NCBI GenBank assembly: GCA_965226885.1
Contig: CBDDEL010000016.1
Span: forward strand, 448,001 to 512,000
DNA: 64,000 nt
Reading direction: 5' to 3'
Source: Opitutales bacterium
GTDB taxonomy: Bacteria > Verrucomicrobiota > Verrucomicrobiia > Opitutales > UBA2987
In this document: positions 11,194 through 21,998 of the stretch, in pieces
How positions within the stretch are numbered: the stretch's first letter is position 1
Layout of the letters: each line of letters opens with the position of its first letter
Translations under genes and position numbers: made by a program
Notes under the pieces: model-generated
Told to the model about the DNA's origin: nothing
The model's input: the letters and a program-made list of their open reading frames with translations, nothing else
Databases searched by the model: none

Positions 11194-12542
11194 TGATGTG
11201 ACCGCCGAAAACACTACCATTGCCAGTGAGAGTCTTTCTGGAGAAATTACCGGAAAGACCTATGAAGCAAAAAAGATACACCCCTGAACAAATCATAACG
11301 ATACTGCGCGAAGTAGACGCAGGCAAAGGCATTCAGGATGTCTGTCGGTCCCACAATATCAGTCCTCAAAGCTACCATCGTTGGCGTAAAAAGTATGGCC
11401 GCATGGAGCTGCGTGACGCCAAGCGGCTGAAGGAGCTGGAGCGCGAGAACACACAGCTTAAGAAGATTGTAGCCGAGCAGATGCTGGAGAACCGTGTGCT
11501 CAAGGAGGTGAACGCAAAAAAATGGTAGGCCCGAAGCAGAAAAAGGAAGCGGTGAAGCATGTATTGGCCCAAGGGTCGTGCTCGCTGCGTCGGGCCTGTC
11601 AGTATTTTGGGTTGCACCGCTCAACCTACCTGTATGAACCCAAGAAAGCTACTGAGTATAGGCATAAACTGGTGGCACGCATCATTGCCTTTTCGAAGAA
11701 GCATCCGCGCTATGGCTATCGTCGGATCCGCGCTTTGTTGACCCATGAAGGTTGGCCCGTGAGTCGCAAATTCGTCCAAAAAGTGCGTCGTTTCGAAGGA
11801 CTGGGTGTGCGGCCGTCTGGCAAGCGCCGTCGCCGGCAGGGCCAATCCACGGCTACCCCGACCCGAGCAGTGCAGCCCAACCATGTGTGGAGTTGGGACT
11901 TCGTGGCGGATCGCACCGACCGGGGCGGTCCGCTCAGGCTCTTGACACTGATCGATGAACATACCCGTCAATGCCTGGCCATTAAGGTTGCGCGCTCACT
12001 GAAAAGTGCCGATGTGGTAGAGGTATTGAACGATGCCATAAGAGAGAACGGCAAACCTCAGTGCATCCGCTCGGACAACGGATCGGAGTTTATAGCCCAC
12101 CAAGTCAAAGAAGAACTGCAGCGACAGGAAATTGCCATCGCATACATTGATCCAGGAAGCCCTTGGCAGAATGGACATATAGAATCCTTTCATAATCGTT
12201 TGCGCGATGAATGCCTTAATCAGGAACTGTTCCTGAGCGTGACCGAAGCGCGTGTGGTGGTCGAACAATGGCGACACAAATACAACGCGAAACACCCCCA
12301 CAGCCGATTAGGCTTTCTCTCCCCAAATACATTTGCCAGACTCTGGCGAACAATCAACAAAGCAGCGGCTGGCTCCATTCGGCCTACGGCCTCATTGCGC
12401 CACCCGCTGCAAAACCTACAATACCAAACCTACGGAAATACTCTCACTTAAAGTGGTAGCAAAGATGGGGTCCGATCACCTACAATACCAAAACTACGGA
12501 AATACTCTCACTTAAAGTGGTAGCAAAGATGGGGTCCGATCA
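11194..12542 (+). mobile_element. IS3-family (IS407-like) element type C with a duplicated 64-bp right end
   Basis: orfA 11262-11528 (MKQKRYTPEQII), A7 slip site, orfB 11522-12451 (WSWDF, RSDNGSEF, PWQNGHIESF); right IR ends at 12478 and again at 12542; no TSD. Confidence 0.9.
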
Positions 12543-12650
12543 GGTAGTTTGGAAATATTAACATACCAAATCGACTTGATGCAAATTCGTTTATAGGAAA
12601 GTCCGGACTTGACCGTAAGTTTTCGCTCTGTAGGTTGTTTGTAAGAGGCT

Positions 12651-13439
12651 ATGAAAGCACCAAATGCTCGCAATTTCGATACGAATATGACTACCGAGTT
12701 TGTCACAGAGTCCGACTGGATTCCCAACTTTTAGAACTTTTGGAACTCTTTGCTTGGATTCAATCGGAATGACTTGATCGCCGAATTGGTTCAGAACGAT
12801 CTCGACCAGCGTGCAACGCAGACTGTGATTTCATTCGAACCCCACTGTATAGTGAGTGAAGGAGACGGAAATCCTGTCGATAGCGATGGCTGGAGCCGGC
12901 TGCGAATGATCTGCGGAGCCGGAAAAATAGTTCCGCGAAAGCGAGGCAAGATCGGAGTAAAAAACCAAGGATTGAAAACGGCGTTCACGCTTGGTGATGA
13001 AATTCGTGTTTTGTCTGATGGCCGAACGATTACTCAGACGTTGTACGCCCTGGGTCAGAACAAGTCGCCTTATCCGGGTGCATCTCCAGAACCAACACAT
13101 GATCCGAATGCTCCAATCAATGGATGTCGGATTATTGTGAGCTACCGTGTTAAAAATCTTGAGCCGAAGGATGGCGAGCCTATCGTTTTCGGAAGGGTTG
13201 AGACAGATGACGTTGACTGCTTGTTTAGGTCTAGTTGTGCGGACATACCAGAACAGTTCATCGGAATCGTCTCGCCGGAAGTGACACCACGATACGAGAT
13301 CGTGCTTCGACATTGGCGGCATGGAGAGGCCCGCTTCAAGTTTTCATGCACACGCCCGCGCAAAGTTGGTAGAAATATTGTAATCTTTCGGAGGCGGTGT
13401 TTAGTAAACGGAAGCGCCGATTCCTTAGCTCCATATTTG
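12651..13439 (+). pseudogene. sacsin-like N-terminal GHKL/HATPase protein fragment
   Basis: ELVQNDLD...GKIGVKNQGLKTAF motifs; in-frame TAG at 12731-12733; 3' truncated by IS1. Confidence 0.6.
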
Positions 13440-14235
13440 GGTAGTGTTAACATGACGAATGTTTGATATTGCTGTTGTATTCCCAGATGAACAAGCACAG
13501 GACGCGAAAATGCATGACCAAAGACTTCGAGAATGACAGCGTTTTACGCACATAGCGTGACAGGGACTGTCGCAAGGTATTGTTCCAGCGTTCGATATGG
13601 GCGGTTTGGCCGGATTGTTTCCCGCTGGCGCTGTTGTGAGGGAAAACCTTGTCGTAGCTTTCCCAGTAATCGCTTACGGTGGCACAGTCGCGATAGGGCT
13701 GGGCGATGTTGTGATACAACTGCCAGCACGTTTGATCGCTACGATCACCCAGAGAAAACCCGACGACCTGTCGGGTACGTCGACACAAGGCTACCCATAG
13801 CCATACCTGCCCCGAACGCTTATCGCCCCAGAATGACCACACCTCGTCCAGTTCCAGCACATCACTACACTGGCGGGCAAGCAGAGTGGACTCCAGCTTC
13901 GGCAAACTCAGGACTTTTTTTTAATCCATTCGATGACCGTCTTTGGGGCTACCCCGAAGGTACGGTAAATGGCACGCAGGCTCATCCGGCTTTGGTGCGC
14001 ACGGAGCACCTGCTTGACCAGCGCCGGAGGATGCTCACGACTTTTGGGGTGAAGCCGAAACTGATAACCACACCCCTTGCATCGATACTTCTGAACCCCT
14101 TTCGGATCCTTGCCGTGCTTGATGATGTGATCGCTTCCGCATTGAGGACATTTTACTGTGATATGGACCATTCCCAGTTCACAACATAATCACGCTAAAA
14201 AGTACAGCTTAAACATTCAAAATGTTAACACTACC
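13440..14235 (-). mobile_element. IS1-family element (insA 13908-14171, insB 13447-13905)
   Basis: IRs GGTAGTGTTAACA; zinc-ribbon CPQC...CKGC InsA; ELDEVWSF and HIERWNNTLRQ InsB; no TSD. Confidence 0.92.
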
Positions 14236-14240
14236 GATTA

Positions 14241-16422
14241 ATGATGGAAAAGCCAGCAGTTAAGAAAATCGTAGATTTAAAGGACAAGCTCGAGGCCTAC
14301 CGGGCATCGGCCCTTGCAGCAGGAAGAGGCAGAAGCCCGGCAAGGACTGGGAATCTTGCTCTAGCCAGTGCCGCAGCCGGAGGGGCCGCCTTGGCCATCG
14401 CCCCTGCGGCTGAAGCCGTTATACAGTACAGTGGCCCGCAGAATATTACTGTTGCAGCAGCCACCCCTTCCGGGACGACGACCTATAACATCAATATGGA
14501 CGGTGATGGCTTTAATGATTTTGGAATAAGACAACTCTGAAATGGACGGGGAAAACTGGACAGTGGAATAAGGTGGTCTTGAACCACTAAATCCGCTAAC
14601 CTATGAATGTTATTAAATCACGAAAGAGAAGACAATACAGTGCTGAGTTTAAAGCCCGAGTGGCCCTGGAAGCCATCAGGGGCGCTCATACCATCAACGA
14701 GATCGCCGGTCGTTTTGAGGTGCATCCCAACCAGGTGACCCAATGGAAGAAGCAGCTTTTGCAGGGAGCAACGGAGCTGTTTTCGCGCCAGCGGCAGACT
14801 CTCAGCAAGGACAACGAGACGGAAAAAGATCACCTTTACCAGGAGATTGGAAAGCTGAAAGTAGAATGCGATTGGCTAAAAAAAAAGTCTGAACAATTCG
14901 GTTGGTGAGAGGCGCAAGATGGTGCAACCACTTCAAGGAAAAATCAGTATCGGCAGGCAATGTCAGTTGCTGGGGCTGGCCCGCGGCAGCTATTACTATC
15001 GGGCCCGTGCCCAGTGCGAGCAGAACGTTCTCTACATGCATCGCATGGATGAGCTCTACACCCAATATCCGTTTTTTGGTTCTCGCCGGATGACCCAGTG
15101 GCTGCGTCGAGAGGGCCATGCAGTGGGACGAGGCCGCATCCAGCGGCTCATGCGCCAAATGGGCCTGGAGGCTATTTATCCGCGTCGAAACTTGAGCCAG
15201 GGGCACCGGCAGCACCGCATTTTCCCTTATCTGCTGCGGGGTTTGGCGGTCGAGCGGCCCGACCAGGTATGGTGCAGCGACATCACTTACCTGCGGCTGA
15301 GCCGAGGATTCCTTTTCTTGACCGTGGTGTTGGACTGGTTCAGCCGCTACGTGTTGAGCTGGCAGCTTTCCAACACCCTGGAGAGCCGCTTCTGTGTGCT
15401 CGCCCTGGAGGAAGCTCTGAGGCGGGCCCAACCTCAAATCTTCAACACCGATCAAGGCAGCCAGTTTACCGGCAGCGAGTTCACCTCGGTGCTGGGGCAA
15501 GCCGGGGTGCGCATCAGCATGGACGGGCGTGGCCGCTACCTGGACAACATATTTGTTGAACGCTTTTGGAGAACCCTCAAGTATGAAGACATTTACCTGC
15601 GCGAATACGCCACGGCAAAGGAAGCCAGCGAAGGGATAGCCCGCTACCTGGACTTCTACAACCACCTGCGCCCCCACCAAGCCCTGGGCTACCGGACCCC
15701 GGCCGAAGTCCATGCAATCGGAGCAAAACCAACCTCCCCGCCAATACAGCTTGCGGGCACCTGCGTGCCCGTCTTTGGCTAAGGACAAAATATATTTTTA
15801 AAAAATAATATGAACACGATTTCCACCTTAATCCCACGTCAAAATTGTCCAAACAACCCCGTCCACTTCACTCAATAGCATATACACTACCATTACAAAC
15901 GGTACCCCCACCTTCCCCATCCATACAGCTGGCATCGATGCACTGAAATATGGCTTCCCAGGAACTTACGCGAGCCTCATTGCCACCGGTTCAGGCAGCG
16001 GATATCCCGTGCCCTTGAACGCAACACCAAACTACAATATTTCCAACTCCCTTACTGGGACCGAGGCTGGAACCTGGGATAGTCAAAACGGGTCATACGC
16101 GTATTTTTTTCTTGGCGATAATACTGATGGCCCTTTCCCCGGTGCGGGAAACAAATACATCGGCGTTCGGTTTACGAATGAAGATGGCGAGCACTTCGGT
16201 TGGATTCAGCTCAACGTTAACGCAAACAGCACCTCGGTAGAAATCATCGACTGGGCCTGGGAAAAAGTGCCGGGAGAACCCATCCTGGCAGGGGCGACAA
16301 CCGGCGGTGCTGCGAATCAGGTCATCCCCACACTAAGCGAATGGGCCATCATCGTCTTGATGACCCTGCTGGCTGGCGCTGCCGCCTGGAAAATGAACAA
16401 GCCTGAGCTTCTGCAAGCCTGA
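14241..16422 (+). pseudogene. secreted IPTL-CTERM sorting-domain protein interrupted by IS3-type A
   Basis: Long signal region ending PAAEA; removing the IS and one CTC restores the frame (FGIRQL-NSIYTT...); ends IPTLSEWAIIVLMTLLAGAAAWKMNKPELLQA. Confidence 0.85.
14538..15870 (+). mobile_element. IS3-family type A, copy 2
   Basis: Near-identical to 7920-9252; TSD CTC. Confidence 0.95.
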
Positions 16423-16560
16423 GCCTGAGAAATTCGATTCTTGGCACGAATTAGGCGCAACTCGAACTTGCTTGCAGTCCGGCCTGAATTGCCGCCTTCG
16501 CTTCTGTATTTCCCGTTATTGAATTGAAAGTATTGTCAGGCCAACGGAAAAGTTAGAGGC

Positions 16561-16855
16561 GTGGAATATACCTACAGTGGCTATCGAATCTTGTGCGTTT
16601 ACGGCCAGGTCGATTCTGAACTCGCTCAAGAATTGGTTGACTTTTGGATGGGCATCCAGGGCTTGATGAATCTTCGAGAGGCGAGAGCGCGGGTTTCCCA
16701 GGTTGCCTCAATTGCCAGAAATAAGGCTGGGCGGCTTGCCGGTGTGTCAACGGTTTACCCATTCATGCTAAATCCCGGCCAGCAATACTATACCTACAGA
16801 ATGTTTGTCCAGCCGGCCGATCGCGTGTCAGGTATGGCGCGGTTTATGGAAAGGA
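16561..16855 (+). pseudogene. hypothetical protein, 3' truncated by IS21
   Basis: ORF runs into the IS21 left end; its stop codon comes from the IS. Confidence 0.55.
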
Positions 16856-17028
16856 TGTAAACGCCGGGATGAAACCGGTACGGGGGTCGGGGTAAAACCG
16901 GTACGCTTGGAATAAGGTCTAGGTTAGTAATTGCAGGTACGTCAAGGTTTAGGGTTTGGGAGTTGGTTTTGGGGATTGGCTTGGGGTCGGTGAGGAGGCC
17001 GGAGGCCGACGAGCCGGGCCCAAGGCGT

Positions 17029-17796
17029 TTATTGTTTTGTGCCACGGCGACGGCGTCGAGCATCGCGCAAGCGGTAGCTTTGCCCGTTGGCTTCGAGGAT
17101 ATGCACCCGATGGGTGAGTCGGTCCAGCAGAGCTCCGGTGAGCCGTTCGGAACCGAGCACTTCGATCCAGTTCTCAAAGGGCAGGTTGGTGGTGACGATG
17201 AGACTGGTGCGCTCGTAAGCGCGGCTGACCACGTCGAAGAGCAGTTCGGAACCGGTCTTGGAAAAAGGGACGTAACCGAGTTCGTCGAGGATGAGTAGGT
17301 CGAGCCTTTCGAGTTGCTTCATGAAGCGCTGCAGGTCGTGGTTGTCGCGTTGCTCGAGCATATGGGTAACCAGGGCGGTGACCCCGAAGAAACGGATCCG
17401 CGGGCCCTGGGCACAGGCGGCAAAGCCCAGGGCGGTGGCCAGGTGCGTTTTACCGGTACCGGCGTTACCGAGGAGCAGCACGTTTTCGCGCTGGTCGACA
17501 TACTCCCCGCGCATGAGCTCTCGGATGAGCGCTTCGTTGATCGAGGGCTGCGCTTCAAAGGCGAAGCTCTCGAGGGTCTTGAGCACGGGGAAACGGGCGT
17601 TTTTGATCCGCCGCTGGGCGGCCCGCTGTTCGCGTTCAATGAGCTCCCGTTCGACCAGATGCAACAAAAAGGCGGCGTAATCGAGCCGGTCCCGGGAACA
17701 AGCCGCGGCCACCGCCGGCCATTCGCGCAGGATGGTGGGCAACTTCAGTTTCTTGAGGTGATGGTGTAACAGCAGCTGGTTTTTTTCTTCCTTCAT
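17029..17796 (-). CDS. istB: IS21 helper ATPase IstB
   Basis: Walker A GNAGTGKT, LLILDELGY, LDRLTHRVH. Confidence 0.93.
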   Translation of the reverse strand: MKEEKNQLLLHHHLKKLKLPTILREWPAVAAACSRDRLDYAAFLLHLVERELIEREQRAAQRRIKNARFPVLKTLESFAFEAQPSINEALIRELMRGEYVDQRENVLLLGNAGTGKTHLATALGFAACAQGPRIRFFGVTALVTHMLEQRDNHDLQRFMKQLERLDLLILDELGYVPFSKTGSELLFDVVSRAYERTSLIVTTNLPFENWIEVLGSERLTGALLDRLTHRVHILEANGQSYRLRDARRRRRGTKQ

Positions 17797-19298
17797 AAAG
17801 CCCCTCCTGGAATCTTGAGCAGTTCGCTGTAGGCACCGAGGTCAGGGGCGGCCACACGGACGTGACGCAGGTGTGGATGGCCGTCCAGCCGGAAGGTTCT
17901 GCTCCCGTAGTCTTCCTGAGGATAGAGATACTGGGCGATGGCCTCACGAGTCAGTCCCCCCACCCGCAGGGCCGAGACGACGGCCTGCTGCAAGGCCGCC
18001 ATGGGGTGTTTCTCCAACAGCCGCAGCACCCGGATATACTCCCGGGTGCCTTCGCCCCCGCATTGGCTTTCGAGCCGGCGTCTGAGGACCTGCAGGCACT
18101 GCGGCAACTGCCAGCCCGAGAGTGGGCGGGCGAAGTCCAAAGCGCCCGGTTTTTTCTCCAGCAAAGCCAGGTAGTGCACCGGCTCGAAAGAGACTTGCTC
18201 TTTATCCCAAATGCGGCGGTGCCGGGCCACCTCTTGGCCCCCACAGAAGATCATCACCTGCCGACAGGACCCTTCCACCACCACCGGATGGTGGGCGCAG
18301 CGCACCGGCACCGAATAGTCGTTGCACTCGAAGCGCACCAGCGAGAGGCTGCTGACGCAGGTCGAGCGTTTGCGGCTCGCTTCAAAGGGTATGGGCGGCA
18401 ACGCCAGCATGACGGCGCGCTCCTCGGCCAGCAGTTCCTTTTTCACCGCCCTTTTCCCGCGTAATTTACGCTCCATGTCCCGCTCACATGCCTCCAACAG
18501 CTTTGCGTTGAGTTCCTCCAGGTCCCGAACCTGCGGTACCGGTACCAGGAAGTTGGCCCGGGCATAACGCACGATCCCCTCGACCACGCCCTTCTCGTTG
18601 GGCCGGGCGGGCAGACAGAAGTGTTCCTCGAACAGGTAATGGCTCTGTAGCTGCAGAAACCCGTCGGTCAGCTTGCGTTCACGCGAACCGATAATCTTAC
18701 CCACCGCCACCTTCGAGTTGTCATAGCTGATGCGCCGGGGCACCGCCCCGAAAAACTCAAAAGCTCGCAGGTGCCCCTCCCAGAAGCTCTCCGTGCACTC
18801 CCGTTCGAACACCTGCACGAAAAAGGCATCGCTGTAGGGCAGGCTCATGGCAAAAAATGGCCGCCTACGCAATTGCCCCGCCTCCTTCACCAGGGCATGA
18901 CCGAAGTCCACCTGTCCCTCCCCGGGGCGGTGCTCCAGCGGCACGAACACTTCCCGCCGCCTCGCTCGCAGCTCGGCCACCACCTCCTTGACCGCCGTGT
19001 AGCCCCCTTGGTAGCCCTTCTCCCGACCCAAACGCTGGTAGATCCGTTTGGCCGTATGGCGCTGCTTCTTGGGCACGTTCCGGTCCGCTTTGAGCACCTC
19101 CTCGATCCAGCCCACATACGGATCGATCTTGCGCTCTCGCCTCTTCTTGCGCCGGTATCCCGGCGGCTGGGAATAGGCCAGCATCTTTCCCAGGGTCTCC
19201 CAGTGCAGTCCCTCTTCTCGCATTACAGAGCGCTTGCTCTGCTTGTCCCGCAGCACTTTGTGCCGCACTCTTGTCCATTGCTTCATATCTCGATACAC
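17793..19298 (-). CDS. istA: IS21 transposase IstA
   Basis: GQVDFG, YDNSK and EKGVVEGIVRY motifs. Confidence 0.93.
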   Translation of the reverse strand: MYRDMKQWTRVRHKVLRDKQSKRSVMREEGLHWETLGKMLAYSQPPGYRRKKRRERKIDPYVGWIEEVLKADRNVPKKQRHTAKRIYQRLGREKGYQGGYTAVKEVVAELRARRREVFVPLEHRPGEGQVDFGHALVKEAGQLRRRPFFAMSLPYSDAFFVQVFERECTESFWEGHLRAFEFFGAVPRRISYDNSKVAVGKIIGSRERKLTDGFLQLQSHYLFEEHFCLPARPNEKGVVEGIVRYARANFLVPVPQVRDLEELNAKLLEACERDMERKLRGKRAVKKELLAEERAVMLALPPIPFEASRKRSTCVSSLSLVRFECNDYSVPVRCAHHPVVVEGSCRQVMIFCGGQEVARHRRIWDKEQVSFEPVHYLALLEKKPGALDFARPLSGWQLPQCLQVLRRRLESQCGGEGTREYIRVLRLLEKHPMAALQQAVVSALRVGGLTREAIAQYLYPQEDYGSRTFRLDGHPHLRHVRVAAPDLGAYSELLKIPGGAL

Positions 19299-19372
19299 TC
19301 CTCCTTTCTAGGATAAGCGTACCGGTTTTAAAGCGCCCTCTTTACCGTACCGGTTTTTCCCCGGCGTTTACA

Positions 19373-19892
19373 GCCTGGCCACCGTAACGATCCATGCTAC
19401 CAGGCAATCGCATCAGAATTTCGCCATTCTGCTGCCGATCATCCTGCTGGCGGCAATTCCCCTGAAACGTTATGCGACCACCCTTCAGCAAATGTTTTTC
19501 GGTCTTGTGATTATGAGTTTTTTTGCGGTCATTATGAATGTCGTGCAATCCTATCTTTTATTCAGTTCCTACCTGGAGCACGGTATGGGGACTACCACGG
19601 TATGGGGACTACGAATATTATGAAGGAGCGGCTGATCCTGCTGCCCGTCAATTATATCATCCTGCCTGCGGTGGCTATATTTTTATCCGGTTTTATCGTA
19701 AGCGGCAGCACCCGGTTTTTCACGGCGTGGCGGAGAAAGGCCACAGCAAGGCCGAAAAAGGCATCTGCGAAAATTTCCCAAAAAAGGGAAAAGGCCCGGC
19801 TGGCGGCTCTACCCAAAGCGGGCCGCAACGAGCCCTGCCCCTGCGGCAGCGGCAAGAAGTTTAAAAGATGCTGCGGAAAAGCCGCTGGCTAG
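19373..19892 (+). pseudogene. 3' part of a multi-TM membrane protein with a C-terminal SEC-C motif (possibly exosortase-system associated)
   Basis: [17 protein letters not shown]...[17 protein letters not shown] joins ORF 19602-19892 ([19 protein letters not shown]) after removing the 17-bp duplication at 19579-19612; 5' end lost at IS21. Confidence 0.65.
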
Positions 19893-20799
19893 AATTTACC
19901 TCAATTTTGTCAATTGGTGGGTAAATCTGGAGGCACGCTGAAGAGGTTGCCGTTGTCTAGCCTCTGGAAAAAGCGGCGGCCCGGCCGGTTGTCGCTGAAG
20001 GTAAAGACCCATTCGGCGTTGTCGCCCCCCGGCGTTGTCGCCCCCGAAGATGAATATCCAGCGGTAGGAATTTTCATTTAAAAATATCCATTGCCCCAAA
20101 CCGAGGTCCCAAAGGAAAATTACCGATTCGGTGCTGGACGCCGCCACAAACTGCCAGCCGTGCTCGTCGTGATAAATCCAGGGCCAGGAATCGACGTTGT
20201 AATTCATATACCAAGGTGAGCCTTTCCAGCCGGGGGAACCCTCTATATCCGTTCCGCCAAGAATATCCGGCTGTGAGGAGGAAACAAATTTATCATAATT
20301 TGAATGGAAACTGGATCGTTGTTCAGTGTTGAAGAAAAAGCCCATCCCTTGAACATCATCCCAATTGATCCCCCCAGGCAGCGGAATGTTGGTTGTGTTC
20401 CCAGGGAGGTTGAATTCTTCAAAAATGGGTGAGAAATTCGTGCTGTATATATTGATTCCCATGTTTTGGATAAAATCTGTGGAAGGGGCAGCCTGGTCAT
20501 CAATGGTTTTTAAAACGATATCGATGCTCTGTAGGGTATTGTCGCCATTCAGGTTGACGGTGGGAACCACGATCAGGTTTTGGTCGAGGAGAGACTGAAA
20601 ATCTACGTCTTTGCTAAAGACCACCGCATCGAAAACACTTACCTGGTAAGTGCCTGAAAAGCTGGATCCATCGGAAGGCGTGGCAAGGCTATCAATCCTG
20701 TAAAATCCCTGACCCTCGCCCTGATCCGGACCGAAAAATGCAATCGGCACAAGGCTGCCTGCCGGTCCGTCAAAGATGACATCGCCCAAGGCCGGAAAA

Positions 20800-21335
20800 T
20801 TTCCAGCGATGCCCTCGAAACTGTAGGAAAAATCGAATTGAGCATTTTCAATGGGAAAAATATTGGTTGTCACCTGGTTATTGGCGGCATCATTGAAAGA
20901 GCCGGCATCCTGGAAAAAGCTGAATTCCAAATCTTTCCGGCTGGTGTCTCCAAAATCGATGCAAGTGTCCGCTCCGTACAATGCTGCCGCATGCTGCCGC
21001 GAGGGTTCCATCGATTGTGGCACTATCGACAACCTTGAAAAATTCGATGCAAAGTTCGTCAACACCAACCAATTGTTTCCAGCGATGCCCTCGAAACTGT
21101 AGGAAAAATCGAATTGAGCATTTTCAATGGGAAAAATATTGGTTGTCACCTGGTTATTGGCGGCATCATTGAAAGAGCCGGCATCCTGGAAAAAGCTGAA
21201 TTCCAAATCTTTCCGGCTGGTGTCTCCAAAATCGATGCAAGTGTCCGCTCCGTACAATGCTGCCGCATGCTGCCGCGAGGGTTCCATCGATTGTGGCACT
21301 ATCGACAACCTTGAAAAATTCGATGCAAAGTTCGT
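20800..21335. repeat. 260-bp direct duplication with a 16-bp filler
   Basis: 20800-21059 equals 21076-21335; filler CAACACCAACCAATTG at 21060-21075. Confidence 0.9.
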
Positions 21336-21998
21336 AGCCTCCATCATCTTCAAGAAGACCGGGGGGGATAACAATGGAGGTAACTTCACCATTCAACTCA
21401 AAGGGTTCCGTATCAAAGATATTGTCGTCGCTGCCGTCCCGATTGAATTTTTCAATCTCTACAAAGATAAGGTCGTCGGGTCCTCCGTTTTGAAATTCAT
21501 CCCATCTGAGGGTGAAACCAGCACTCAAGGTGGCGCTCTGAAGTTCATTGAATGATGCCTCAGTGAGGCTAGGGGCATTGGGATAGGAGGTCCCCTTCGA
21601 TCGTCAAGTTGCGCGTGATCGCGCCCTGTGTGGCGCCGGTATAATGTATGGTGTAAGTGCCGTTGGGGGCCTCTAAATCCAAAGTGGCCTTATCGTCATA
21701 ATCCTCCTCAATATCCCACCCATCATCTTCACTAAATTCAAATTGGGTCGTGGTCATATCGGGTTCCGTGACAAAAGGCACCGGATTGGCCAATATTGAA
21801 CCGGTGGAACTTTCGCCTATAAATGCAAAAGCGCCCCAGGGTTCAAATTCCGCCAAAACCGCTCCCGAGGCGGAATCCTGAGTATGGAATTTTTCTTTAG
21901 CAATGACGATCAATTCAGCGTCCTGGGCCATTAAATGGATCCCGCCGGTAATAATCAATAAGAAGGATGAGACCAAAATTTTGGCCCAGTGGGTTGTG

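Larger units (their letters stand above)
16856..19372 (-). mobile_element. IS21-family element
   Basis: IRs TGTAAACGCCGGG..AAACCGGTACGG; istA/istB pair; no TSD. Confidence 0.93.

Noticed and set aside
19896..21392. 498-aa ORF as an intact repeat protein
   Set aside because: Its start, internal repeat and end all result from duplications and frameshifts in a larger pseudogene
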